Positions 1-11,520 are shown, counted from the stretch's first letter. The stretch is DNA of 31,191 nucleotides from Octopus sinensis (GCF_006345805.1 NW_021832653.1:1-31191), one strand, 5' to 3'. The notes: generated from the sequence alone by a model not told the origin. Program-made: numbers and translations.

Positions 1-810
1 CGTCACTTTAAATAAGAAGAGAGAAAGGATTTTCGAAAGACATTCTGATAAATTTGCTTTCTCTAGAATATCTAAATAAATTCGCTTAATTTAAGATGTA
101 CATTATATGTTTTATTTCAATTCTTTCTTTCTTTTTCTGGAGAGACAGATTTGAGCATTGAAATGAATATCATTATATATGGAAACACGCGGATAAATAT
201 ATGCATAAGAGGCATAGAAAATCACAAGCCCTACCAACAGGCGCATACTAAACGTATTATATAGAAATATGTACCTACTTAGCCATACATTCAAATAACA
301 ACTATGCATGTGCATACACATTTGAATATATATTTAATAATTATATATATATATATATTAAGGTATGTAGAAAAATACAACATGGACAAGAACGTATAAC
401 TCTTAGAAACGATACAATAAACCGGACAGGACATTCGAAACCCTCAGTCTTCAGTCAAGAACCGGATCATCGTAGTAATTTCGGCTGATTAATCTGAGAG
501 ATTACTAGATCACGGCCAGCCCTCCAAGAAAAACTAAGCAACGAGCATTAGAAAAACTAAGCTGGGAGCGTAGATTCCTGGAAGAAGGATCGAATGCATA
601 CGGACACCAGGACAGCAAAAGGAACGAATATAAAAAACAAAAAATAATGGAATACAGAAACATGAAATACAGAAATATATATATATATATAATATATATA
701 TATATATATTATCAATAATAATATAGGGGGAATTAATTAATTTGGAATAATCATTATTTCACCAAGTAGATTCGGTATGTAAAAGCCCCATTCAAGGAAG
801 GTTTAAGTAA

Positions 811-1032
811 TACTAAGTAATTAAGGGTTTGCAACGATTTGCCTCACCACACACCGAATTTAGAAATAGCAGTCAAAGAGTTATGGCCATTCTTTGTTGT
901 TTGCCTTTTAAGTGCTGTGGTTTTACTGGGATCTCCCTTTTAAGTAGAAAGAATAGCCATACTCTTTGACTCCTATTTCTAAATTCGGTGTGTGGTGAGG
1001 CAAATCGTTGCTAAACCCTTAATTACTTAGTA
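811..1032. mobile_element. MITE (non-autonomous DNA transposon) with ~80-bp terminal inverted repeats, TA-flanked (Tc1/mariner-type)
   Basis: The left arm tactaagtaattaagggttt-gcaacgatttgcctcaccacacaccgaatttagaaatagcagtcaaagagt is mirrored by the right arm ending ...gcaaatcgttgctaaacccttaattacttagta. TA lies at both ends (811-812, 1031-1032) and the ~60-bp spacer is non-coding. Confidence 0.8.
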
Positions 1033-1040
1033 TATATATA

Positions 1041-1125
1041 TGGTTGAAGTTTACAGAAAAACAAAATACGAAGTGAGGTGTATGAACAACAAACAGGTGT
1101 ATTAGTTTGACGCTCGGTGAGATAA
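1041..1125. repeat. Fragment of an unclassified interspersed repeat, same family as 17540-17685 (possibly a Penelope-like terminus)
   Basis: acgaagtgaggtgtatgaacaacaaacaggtgtattagtttgacgctcgg aligns by eye with 17579 acgaagacgggtgtgtaaacaacaagcagagatattagtttaccgctcgg. Confidence 0.5.
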
Positions 1126-1264
1126 TCGTTAAAGTGTTGAGACCAAAATGGAGGTGCGTGCTGTGCGTATGAGAGGATGCGTGTGTGTGTGTATGTGTGT
1201 GTGTTCGCGCATGTGTGTGTGTGCGTGGACAGAGATCGGTGACGTTGGTGTGCTGATGATGGTG

Positions 1265-1272
1265 ATGTGTTA

Positions 1273-1311
<39 letters not shown>

Positions 1312-1409
1312 TATATTTATATATATATGTATATTTATATATATACATATTATATATATTATATATACATATATAATAACATATATATACATATATATAT
1401 ATATATATA

Positions 1410-1452
<43 letters not shown>

Positions 1453-1670
1453 TATATAATATACATATATATATATACATATATACATATATATATATAT
1501 ATTGTATATATACATATATATATATATATATAATATATATATGTATGTATGCATGTATATGTATATAACATACATACATATATAACATACATACATATAT
1601 GACGGAAAGACACTCACACACACACACACTCATACACACACACACTCACACACACATACACACACACATA
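1265..1670. repeat. Compound microsatellite (TA)n/(TACA)n/(CA)n
   Basis: Direct reading. It explains the Y/I/C/V-rich spurious ORFs at 1019-1645. Confidence 0.95.
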
Positions 1671-2002
1671 TTACTATCGTATATATGAGGGCAATAAATA
1701 AAAATAATTTATTACTAGTGATTAGTATGCATAAATAGAAGTCATAAGACATAATATACATTTTAAAATTTAAGAGTGTATAAATATTTTTTTATATACA
1801 GAGAGGAGGCCTTTGACAGGACTCCTTACATGATAGAAAATGCAGCTAAAACCAAAATACGAAGAAGACCTCATGAGGCACGCTGTTATAACACCAGAAC
1901 GAACAAAAAATGATATGGCTAATCCAGAACAGGAATTTCTCAATCGAACTTGGTTTATCTGATGAGCAGTAAAGGAGATAGTTATATATCAACCTGTAAC
2001 GT

Positions 2003-2346
2003 GGGCGCATGGCTCATTTGTTAGAGCGTCAAGCTTACGATCGTGAGGTTGTGAGCTCGAATCCCGGACCAGGCTGCGTGTTGTGTTCTTGAGCAAGGCA
2101 CTTTATTTCACGTTGCTCCAGTTCACTCAGCTGTAGAAATGAGTTGCGACGTCACTGGTGCCAAGCTGTATCGACCTTTGTCTTTCCCTTGGATAACACT
2201 GGTTGCGTGGAGAGGGGAGGCTGGTATACATGGGCGACTGCTGGCCTTCCATAAACAACCTCGCCCGGACTTGTGTCTAGGAGGGTAACTTTCTAGGTGC
2301 AATCCCATGGTCATTCATGACCGAAGGGGATCTTTACCCTTACCCT
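2003..2346 (+). mobile_element. tRNA-derived SINE with CORE-like central domain (family C; octopus OR2-like)
   Basis: Pol III A box (tggctcatttgttagagc) and B box (gagctcgaatccc), then tgttgtgttcttgagcaaggcactttatttcacgttgctccagttcactcagctgtagaaatg, which resembles the CORE domain. The tail is ttacccttaccct and a second copy lies at 14019-14340. Confidence 0.85.
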
Positions 2347-2671
2347 GTACCGTGGGTTAATGAAACCTGATAATGAAATCAAACATTGGTGTATGTGCAT
2401 CATTATTGCAGAACATCATGTTGTTCTTCAGATTTGGTTAACGCAAGAGTATTTGCTCGTTTCATTTTTTTTTTAATAATCGAATCCTATTGATAGGCCA
2501 TCGATTATATATGTACTTTAAACAAATCCTTCTTAATTTGAGCCACTTTTGTTGACGACATATCGATGAAAATTAAAACATATATGAATATATATATGTA
2601 TGTGTGTGTGTGTGTGTGTGTGCATATATATATATATATATATATAATATATTATATATATATACATATAT

Positions 2672-2832
2672 AGGCGGATGAGTGCCTGTGTGGTAAGTAG
2701 CTTGCTTACGGACCACATGTTTCCGGGTTTAGTCCCACTGCGTGGCAATTGGGCAGGTGTCTTTTACTATAGCCTCAGGCCGACCAAAGTCTTGTGAGGG
2801 GATTTGCTAGACGGAAACTGAAAGAAGCCGTC

Positions 2833-2834
<2 letters not shown>
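2672..2834 (+). mobile_element. SINE family A, 5' half (tRNA-derived head)
   Basis: aggcggatgagtgcctgtgtggtaagtagcttgc...ttccgggtttagtcccactgcgtggc...gacggaaactgaaagaagccgtcg is the reverse complement of the right halves of the copies at 5047-5472 and 22787-23197. Confidence 0.85.
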
Positions 2835-2916
<82 letters not shown>

Positions 2917-2957
2917 ATATATATATATATATCTAATATGACATTTATAATATATAC

Positions 2958-3026
<69 letters not shown>

Positions 3027-3030
3027 TTAA
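2835..3030. repeat. (TA)n microsatellite
   Basis: Direct reading; about 190 bp of near-pure TA repeats. Confidence 0.95.
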
Positions 3031-4225
3031 AACCTATTCACACATATATATCTTTATGTAAATATCTGCAATTATATATGCCTACGCACTCACACACACA
3101 CATGCATTTATATATTAGAAAGACGTAAATAAAAAGCAAAACTTATGGTATCACTTTAGCGCTTGTATTTTATAAACACACACGTTTATAAACACACACG
3201 TTCGCGCATAGGCGCACACATATACATGAGTATATGTATATACAAATATAAGTGTGTATACGGAGTATGCACATATGTATATAACGTGATAGTGAGAAGG
3301 AGCGAAGTAAAGCGTAAGAGATGAAGCAAGGCAAAAGGAAAACATAATTTGCGGTTGTACTAAATTCCTAGATAGCCAAAACTATTATGCAAAATGAATG
3401 AATAAAGCTATCACATGAAAGCGTAGAAGGTACAATTTTACTTGTTTTAATATCAGTAGCAGACATCATCATATATTCAAAAACATACAGCTCCCATCTC
3501 CAAACCGCCCTCACCATTACACCTCATAACTTAAAATTAAATATGAGAACGAAATATTCAATAAATTTTTGAGTGTAGCTGATGTTTCTATAGATGAACG
3601 GAGCAATTAAATGTATGATCTATAGCATTTAATATGCTTTCCTCTGACAACCACTTATACAGACTTTCGGACTTGAAATGTGTTGTAATGAAAAAGTCTA
3701 TAATACTGCACACAAGTTAAATATGTACTTTATCGCTTGCCTGACCTATTTTCCCATGACGACCTATTGGCTTTCTGAGATTCCAAATTGCACAAATATT
3801 CATATGTATGTAAATTTGAGTTCTTTATTTGAAAAGTCGGTAGATTTAGTGGAGCGTAGTTCAAAATAGTGTTCCGTATTTTTTTCATGTCTCTACTTCC
3901 TGAGTTCAAATGCTGTGAAGGTGTACGAAGTCATCCATTTATACAAGGCTTAGAAAATTAGTCCTTGTCTACAGACATCATTATAGGCGTTTTTAGTAAT
4001 TAAGCTAGAATTTGTTTGGCTTTAGCTTAGACATTATTCAATCATTGAAACTTATACAGAAATATATGATAGTAGACAAAAAATTTCTAGAAGATGTTGA
4101 ACTCTGCCCAAAATCAATGTATTAATTGCAAACACTTCATTCTCTGTCTTTATATAATTAGTAGTGAACTTTTCACTCTCTGACATATTTTAACACGAGA
4201 TATAGGTTATGCATACTCAAAATTC

Positions 4226-4644
4226 GGATCTTTTCGGTTTGAACGGCAGTTTTTAACATAATTTCTAGGTAACGTATACTGGTAGAATGTGTTTATAAAA
4301 CGTCTTTTTCTCTCTTGGCTTTATTGAGAAAATTCTATAGTTTGTAAGATATTTGTGGCTTTTTTTTCTTCAATTTCTGCAATTTCAACCAATCAATGAC
4401 GTCCATTCAGGTAAATAACATTCTGTGCCATATGAATATGTCCCTCGTTTAAGAAACAGATTGGGTTTATTTACATTTGTGAAGAAAAAAAAGATACCCT
4501 TCCCCCCAAACCTAACCCTAACCCTAACTAACCCTAATCCTAAAACAGATTGAAATGCAATAGATCGATACTAGGGTCATAATTATAGGTGATAATTTCA
4601 TATGACACAACTAGAAAAAACTGCCCTTCAAACCGAAAAGATCC
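4226..4644. mobile_element. MITE with ~28-bp GG-starting TIRs and probable 8-bp target-site duplication; internal (TAACCC)n
   Basis: TIRs are ggatcttttcggtttgaacggcagtttt and aaaactgcccttcaaaccgaaaagatcc. The flanks caaaattc and ccaaattc match at 7/8. An internal cctaaccctaaccctaactaaccctaatccta tract lies at ~4511-4542. The superfamily is not determinable (GG termini with an 8-bp TSD would fit Merlin-like elements). Confidence 0.75.
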
Positions 4645-5046
4645 CCAAATTCTAACTTTAATAAGTATTTCGATTGATTTGGAGGAAGCATGTCTTAAGG
4701 AAAACTAAACACAGAACTTTCTTTTAATATGATGAATGTATTTAAGTAGTCAGCGTATTTTTATACTGTTAATGAGATCCCTGCCATTTTATAGCAACAA
4801 TGGGCATGCCATAGATTGTCCCTTTAATATTGCTTGTACAGTCGCATGTGATATATTGAATAAGTGGTTGACTATACTGTTTTTAAAGCCTTAATTTCAT
4901 TGTAATCCAGACTCAGCGTGTGGCTGAGAATGAGCAAGCTGTCTTAAACATTTCATCTACTTCCCTTCGTTTCTGTCTATTCAAATTTATGAACATCATT
5001 TTGTAGCTCTGTGTCTTCTGATCCCACAGATATGCGACAATATATA

Positions 5047-5267
5047 TACTCTTTTTACTCTTTTACTCTTTTACTTGTTTCAGTCATTTGACTGCGGCCA
5101 TGCTGGAGCACTGCCTTTAGTCGAGCAAATCGACCCCGGGACTTATTCTTTGTAAGCCCAGTACTTATTCTATCGGTCTCTTTTTGCCGAACCGCTAAGT
5201 AACGGGGACATAAACACACCAGGATCGGTTGTCAAGCAATGCTAGGGGGACAAACACAGACGCACAA

Positions 5268-5300
<33 letters not shown>

Positions 5301-5472
5301 CATATATACGACAGGCTTCTTTCAGTTTCCGTCTACCAAATCCACTCACATGGCATTGGTCGGCCCGGGGCTATAGCAGAAGACACTTACCCAAGATGCC
5401 ACGCAGTGGGACTGAACCCGGAACCATGTGGATGGTTAGCAAGCTACTTACCACACAGCCACTCCTGCGCCT
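5047..5472 (-). mobile_element. Full-length SINE family A (~425 bp; tRNA head, internal CA/TA microsatellite, (AAAAGAGT)n tail)
   Basis: The minus strand starts aggcgcaggagtggctgtgtggtaagtagcttgct (A box) and ggttccgggttcagtccc (B box), and ends in aaaagagtaaaagagtaaaaagagta. It is highly similar to 22787-23197. Confidence 0.9.
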
Positions 5473-5494
5473 ATGCTAACTTTTCGTTTGTCTT

Positions 5495-5643
5495 TACGTT
5501 CTGAGTTCAAATTCAGCCGAGGTAGGCTTCGCCTTTCATCGTTTCGATGTCGATAAATAAAGCACCAGTTACGTACTGGAGTCGATCTAATCGAGTGGCC
5601 ACTTCTCCACAAATTTGTGACCTTGTGCCTAGAGTAGAAAATA
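5495..5643 (+). mobile_element. SINE family B, 5'-truncated copy
   Basis: ttacgttctgagttcaaattcagccgaggtaggcttcgcctttcatcgtttcgatgtcgataaataaagcaccagtt matches the core of 5849-6078 (reverse) and 18253-18505. Confidence 0.75.
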
Positions 5644-5848
5644 ATATGTATGCTGACCGTGTCCAACCGGCTCTTCTTTCCTTGCATATTCCTATCTAAG
5701 ACTAATTACATTAATAGAACCCTTCCGACTTAACCCCTTTACAATGGTTATCGCAAATATACGATCACACTTTTGCTTGCCTACACGCGGTTAACTTAAA
5801 TATACAATGTAGAGCTGCCCTACATCTATCACGGACTATACAAATATA

Positions 5849-6078
5849 TTTCTTTATTGCCCACAAGGGGCTAAACATAGAGGGGATAAACAAAGACAGA
5901 CAAAGGGATTGAGTCGATTACAACGACCCCAGTGCATAACTGGTACTTAATTTATCAACCCCAAAAGGATGAAAGGCAACGGCAACCTCGGCGGAATTTG
6001 AACTCACAACGTTACGGCAGATGAAATACGATTACGCATTTCGCCCGGTGTGCTAACGCTTCTGCCAGCTCGCCGCCT
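5849..6078 (-). mobile_element. SINE family B (tRNA-derived)
   Basis: The minus strand reads aggcggcgagctggcagaagcgttagc (A box), gtgagttcaaattccgccgagg (B box) and gcctttcatccttttggggttgataaattaagtaccagtt, with tail ...gcaataaagaaat. Confidence 0.85.
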
Positions 6079-6319
6079 ATGCATACATATATATATATAC
6101 ATGCAGACAGACATAGGAATAGTATGCAACATATCTTGTTTCATGTAAGTATATCGTGAAATTACAGCAGCAAAATATATGAAGAAAACATAGGGCATCG
6201 TTAGCTCAGTACGTTAACTAAAGTATATCGCTCGCACTTGCACACACTATACAGCTGAAGCATAAGAAAACCAGATCCAATTTGTCATTTCTAATTCTTG
6301 GACTCGATACTTTGCCGCC

Positions 6320-6710
6320 AGTGGAGGCGCAATGGCACAGTGGTTAGGGCAGCGGACTCGCGGTCGTAGGATCGCGGTTTCGATCCCCAGACTGGGCGTT
6401 GTGAGTGTTTATTGAGCGAAAACACCTAAAAACTCCACAAAGCTCCGGCAGGGGATGGTGGTGATCCCTGCTGTACTCTTTCACCACAACTTTCTCTCAC
6501 TCCTTCTTCCTGTTTCTGTTGTACCTGTATTTCAAAGAGCCGGCCTTGTTACTCTCTGTGTCACGCTGAATATCTCCGAGAACTACGTTAAGGGTACACG
6601 TGTCTGTGGAGTGCTCAGCCACTTACACGTTAATTTCACGAGCAGGCTGTTCCGTTGATTCGGATCAACCGGAACCCTCGTCGTCGTAACCGACGGAGTG
6701 CTTCCACTCA
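6320..6710 (+). mobile_element. Full-length tRNA(Arg)-derived SINE (family D; octopus OK/OR1-like) with 11-bp target-site duplication
   Basis: The head gtggaggcgcaatggcacagtggttagggcagcggactcgcggtcgtaggatcgcggtttcgatcccc has A and B boxes and a TCG anticodon-like loop. An identical actttgccgcc sits at 6309-6319 and 6711-6721 (TSD). Confidence 0.9.
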
Positions 6711-7335
6711 ACTTTGCCGCCTAGAAATTTGGATTTTTTTGAAGATTTAAAATAATTTTTTTTATTGAAATAAAACAAAAATGGGGTAACGTGTTAGTGT
6801 ATGTCTTAGATATATATGTAGTGATTGCCAGTAAATATTTCTCAATGAAGAGAAGATAACGTCGTTTCAATTATGTTTCAGGAATTGGAAATTGCGTTCT
6901 TGTGAGAGTTTTTTTGTTTTTATTCATAATTCACTTTTGTTCTATTTTCGTATTCTCTTCACACGACTGGAATTACTTTCTTTCGCTTCAGTGAAATTCT
7001 ATATGCATCACATCATGTGGCTTCATGTCTGTGAGCTGAAGAATTTTCTTTGTGTTTCTATGGTTCCTGAACAGAAAAGGAAGAAACATGGTAATAGTGA
7101 ACTAGATATCCTAAAAGTTTTAAACAACAAAACAAAGCTACCATTTTTTGAAATGTATCTTAACCAATTCCACTAATTATTTGTTCTGGGAACTGTTCAA
7201 TGTAATAGTCCTATTAATCATTTTTTTTTTTTTGTGCTACGTCTATCAGGCCTCACTGTTTATATTTCAAACGGGAACGTTCCATAGATAAACATCGCGT
7301 ATATTCCTATATTTCTTCTGCCTTTTTTTTTAATG

Positions 7336-7537
7336 TTACTTGTTTCAGTCATCTGAGTGCAGCCATACTGAGGCACCGCCTTGAAGTGTGTTAGTCAAAG
7401 AAGTAGGAAGCAGGACAAAGTGTCGGGACATAAACACAGTAACAACGGTTGTCGAGCAGCGGTGGGTACAGACACAAAACAATAACACATAGATACACAT
7501 GCACACACACACACACATATATATATATATGTATTAG

Positions 7538-7569
<32 letters not shown>

Positions 7570-7790
7570 TATATATATAATATACTAATGCATACACACA
7601 CACACATATATCTTATATTTTTATACATACGACGAATTTCTTTCAATTTCCGCATACCAAATCTATTTAGAAGGCTTTAGTCGACCCAACGCTATAGTAA
7701 AAGACACTTGCCGAAGGTGCCACGAGTAACACTGTCGCTGGCACTATGCGGTTGAGAAACAAGCTTCTTGTCACACATCCACGCCTTCGC
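7336..7790 (-). mobile_element. Older, diverged SINE family A copy
   Basis: ttacttgtttcagtcatctgagtgcagccatactgaggcaccgcc...gggacataaacac...microsatellite...aagacacttgccgaaggtgccacg is collinear with 5047-5472. Confidence 0.75.
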
Positions 7791-8452
7791 CGCTACACAC
7801 CCAAGACTATCTAGAGGTAGATTTCAAATGTTTATTTTAGTTTGTAAAACCGTTGAGGGCGATATGCGGCAGCTTTCACTGCTACTTCTAGCATATCATG
7901 TGGTCATGCAGAGAGTCCATTGTATGTTCCTGGTTTTCCTATTTTTCTTGGTCTTCCTGCTTACACCGATATAATTCTTGATTATTCAACCTTAATCATG
8001 CTATAAAAACAATCCCGCCGTATCCATTTCGTTTTCTTTGATATTTTATCAGGCATTCCTCAAGTAGCCTTTAATAAGAATTTTATTTGCTGATGAACGT
8101 GTTTGATTTCCAGTGAGCTGGTATTTCTGGCAAACCTAGCTCCTGATAAGAAGCCTGAGGCAGTTTCATATCGGTAGTGGAGCACTGTGGAAGTGCAATG
8201 GCCTAGTGGTTAGAGCAGCAAACTCAAATATCAGATGTTGAAGTTTGATGATGATTACGAACATATGAAAGCTCTAATTGAACTTAATGAATGTTACACA
8301 ATTTTATTTTAATGTGTAAATACATTTCAGCATCGTAGAAATTTGTTTGAACTACAATAATAACAAATGCGAAAACGAGAACAATATTTTAACTTTATTC
8401 AGGTGATATATTATTCTATACACATTTACACAAATTCGGAAATATATTTATA

Positions 8453-8504
<52 letters not shown>

Positions 8505-8852
8505 TATATATATATTTGAGTAGTTGTATGAATTATCTTATAAGGATAATTCGAAAGATAACCGATACCTGGGTAGCAAATTCACATCACAAAGAACACG
8601 GTTGAACTACGTCCCTAGGGCATAGAACTAGGTCTTCGATGCGGAAATTTGTATGTTTATTTTAAAATATAAGTATATGAACGAATAAAGGATATTTGTT
8701 AACTAGTCGTTCAACTCCATTCTTTCATATACTATAATTTAATATATATATATATATCTATATATATATATATATATATAATATGTAGGTCCCGGGTTGG
8801 TCCGGGGTTAACCACAGTAAGTAAGGTACTCAATACATAGCAGTAAAATTAA

Positions 8853-9184
8853 TTTATTATATAGAAGGAGCTTCTACAGGACTAGTACTGTTTCATTCAA
8901 GAGAAATCTTCAGGAAGCTATTTAACAAGAATTGTATTAGCATTTATACATTTAGGCAGGTTAAAGGAGTGGTGGTGGGGGACTTTTTTGGGGTAGGATA
9001 GCGCAAAAATATCATACTTGGGGGAGTGGTCAAGGAGTCAGTGGTAAGTTAGAAAAGAATAGATAATAAACAAAATTAAAATAAAAAATAAAAAAAAAAA
9101 TAAAAAATAAAAAAAAAATAAAAAAAAAAATAAAAAAAATAAAAAAAAAAATAAAAAATAAAATGTGCACATACATACATAAAC
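8853..9184 (-). mobile_element. Left arm of a ~320-bp inverted repeat; Penelope-like terminal repeat (pLTR) candidate
   Basis: It is the reverse complement of 9869-10181 over its whole length (for example agaaggagcttctacaggactagtactgtttc / gaaacagtactagtcctgtagaagctccttct) and contains a hammerhead motif, the hallmark of Penelope pLTRs. Confidence 0.65.
8869..8919 (-). ncRNA. Minimal type I hammerhead ribozyme motif
   Basis: The minus strand reads AGCUUC-CUGAAGA-UUUCUCUUGAAU-GAAA-CAG-UACUAGUC-CUG-UA-GAAGCU. This gives a 6-bp helix I, the conserved CUGAnGA and GAAA core, helix II UUC/GAA, and a short helix III with a palindromic ACUAGU loop. The cleavage triplet is GUA. Confidence 0.7.
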
Positions 9185-9243
9185 ACATATCATACAACAC
9201 ACATACGTACACATGTGTGGCCTATACATACCTACAAATACAC

Positions 9244-9319
<76 letters not shown>

Positions 9320-9868
9320 ATCAAATACAGGCCCATTCCCTAATTTTATTTTTTATCTTCTTATACTTTTGTTATCTTTGATCGCTAGGGCTAAGGATCC
9401 TGGCGATGGCAGCATGTCCAATGTGTCTGTCTACTAGAAGGCAAGTACTCGTTCCCGCACGCACACTCATTAGCACGTACATACACCCATTCGTACACTC
9501 ATACACATACACGTACGCACGCGTTATATTCATACATACAAACATCTACATACGTTCACGTATATACACATACGTACTCGTACCTACAGATTCATGTCTA
9601 CACTTTAGGAGGCTAGTCTATATATATACACAATAAATATACATATTAATATATATATATTATATATATATATATACACATATACACATACACACACACA
9701 CACACATATATACTCCTACATACAGATACATACCCATATATATATACATATACACACACATCATATATAATATATATATATATATATATACATATATATA
9801 TTATATTATATTATATATATATATTACACACATACACACACACACATATATATACACAATATATATGG

Positions 9869-10181
9869 GTTTATGTATGTATGTGCACAATTTTTTTTTT
9901 TTTTTTTTTTTATTTTTTTATTTTTTATTTTATTTATATTTTTTATTTTTTATTTTTTATTTTTTTATTTATCTATTCTTACATCTAATTACCACGGACT
10001 CCTGACCACTCCCCCAAGTATGATATTTTGCGCTATGCCTACCCCCAAAAATAGTCCCACCACCACTCCTTTAAACCTGCCTAAATGTATAAATGCTATA
10101 CAATTCTTGTTAAATAGCTTCCTGAAGATTTCTCTTGATGAAACAGTACTAGTCCTGTAGAAGCTCCTTCTATATAATAAA
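9869..10181 (+). mobile_element. Right arm of the inverted repeat; Penelope-like pLTR candidate
   Basis: Reverse complement of 8853-9184 with scattered substitutions and different poly(T/A) tract lengths. Confidence 0.65.
10116..10165 (+). ncRNA. Minimal type I hammerhead ribozyme motif
   Basis: agcttc(10116-21) CTGAAGA(10122-28) tttctcttgat GAAA(10140-43) cag tactagtc ctg TA(10158-59) gaagct(10160-65). Predicted cleavage is after 10159; helix II is one nt shorter than in the minus-strand copy. Confidence 0.65.
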
Positions 10182-10541
10182 AATATATTATATATATATA
10201 TATATACCCTTTTGTTCAGTGTCCTTGTCACATCGTCGATCTGCATTTTAAATATTTTTATCAAAACGATGTCGAGAGAAAGGTTGTTTTTCGTTGTAAT
10301 GTAGAGTAGCAGTTACCGTTGTATGCATTTTCCTCTTCTCAACACATCAATACCCCGGGTTCTATTCCAGAATTCTCCGATTCAGCTACGTACCAGTATT
10401 GTAGATAGTTCTCTGGTAGGGGTACAGCCCTCAAGATTTGAGTTACCAGAAACTTTACCGAAATTATATAAACATCGCGTTCTAAGTTCGAACCCAACCC
10501 CGATCCACTGCTTTAGTATATTTTTATTGGTTCTGTAAAAA

Positions 10542-10923
10542 TCTCTCTCTATATAAACGGCAGTTTGTCTGTGTGTCTGTGTGTCTGTCAGGTTGTACCC
10601 TCACCCTGACCACGGCTTCCAACCGATTCTGATGAAACTTGACACACACATAGCCCAATGTCATAATTCAAAACTAACGCAGCGAAAATTTTGAAAAGTT
10701 CCCCCAGTTCTGAAAAAAATCGATAAATTCGACAAGGGGTCGAGAATCAGAAACACAAACCACAGACTGTCTAGGGGACGCAACTCGACCTTTTTAACTC
10801 TCAAAAAAAAATTTACCATCATTTTTGTTCCATTTTTTTTGCTATTTTTTGGCTATAACTCTCTAAAAATGCTTTATAGTTATTTCCCTTACAAACCCGA
10901 GCAACGCCGGGCGATACTGCTAG
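10542..10923 (+). mobile_element. Non-autonomous Helitron (DINE-1/Lep1-like), copy 1 of 3
   Basis: 5' A|TC (tctctctctatataaac), a GTCT/GTGT microsatellite, ccgattctgatgaaacttg, a subterminal hairpin cccg-agcaacgc-cggg and a 3' CTAG|T end. There is no TSD and the insertion is between A and T. Confidence 0.8.
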
Positions 10924-11029
10924 TAAGATACATATGCAAGGTCAGCTGAAATTGAAATCAGATCGTGAAGTACTGGAACAATTAACGCAATACATTATAT
11001 CCGACTCTGCAATAAATTTCTCTATGATA

Positions 11030-11413
11030 TCTCTCTATATATAAACGGCAGTTTGTCTGTGTACGTGTCTGTGTGTCTGTTAGGTTGTACCCTTACTCTG
11101 ACCACGGCTTTCAACCGATTCTGATGAAACTTGACACACACATAGCCCAATGTCATAATTCAAAACTAGCAGCGAAAATTTTGAAAAGTTCCCCCATTTT
11201 CGGAAAAAAATCGATAAATTCGACAAGGTTCGAGAATCAGAAACACAACCACGACTGTCTAGGGGACCAACTCGACCTTTTAACTCTCAAAAAAAAATTA
11301 CCATCATTTTTGTTCCATTTTTTTTTTGGCTATTTTTTGGCTATAACTCTCTAAAAATGGCTTTAAGTTTTTTTTCCCTTACAAACCCCGAGCAACCCGG
11401 GCGATACTGCTAG
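11030..11413 (+). mobile_element. Non-autonomous Helitron, copy 2 of 3
   Basis: Same TC...CTAG structure, with several small indels relative to copies 1 and 3. Confidence 0.8.
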
Positions 11414-11520
11414 TAAGATATACATATGCAAGGTCAGCTGAAATTGAAATCAGATCGTGAAGTACTGGAACAATTAACGCAATACATTAATCCGACTCTG
11501 CAATAAATTTCTCTATGATA

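Noticed and set aside
360-650. CTGAAGA on the minus strand (~448-454) as another hammerhead or Penelope end
   Set aside because: I could not build helix II plus GAAA plus a UH site by eye; it is left unclassified.
1019-1645. Long ORFs rich in Y/I/C/V/H/T (also 7391-7655, 9163-9437, 16397-16587, 17921-18269, 21845-22418, 30876-31103)
   Set aside because: They are translations of (TA)n/(CA)n microsatellites, which lack stop codons in some frames.
1955-1990. CTGATGAGCAGTAAAGG as a hammerhead core
   Set aside because: No closing helix II strand or GAAA follows.
2003-2080. tRNA-like heads here and at 6320, 8185 and 14019 as possible tRNA genes
   Set aside because: No complete cloverleaf or acceptor stem. 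Most continue directly into repeated SINE bodies, and 8185 is only a truncated head fragment.
8595-8650. Minus-strand TCGAAGA-cctag-loop-ctagg-GAC as a degenerate hammerhead
   Set aside because: The hairpin is real but both conserved core segments deviate (no CUGA, no GAAA); too degenerate to call.
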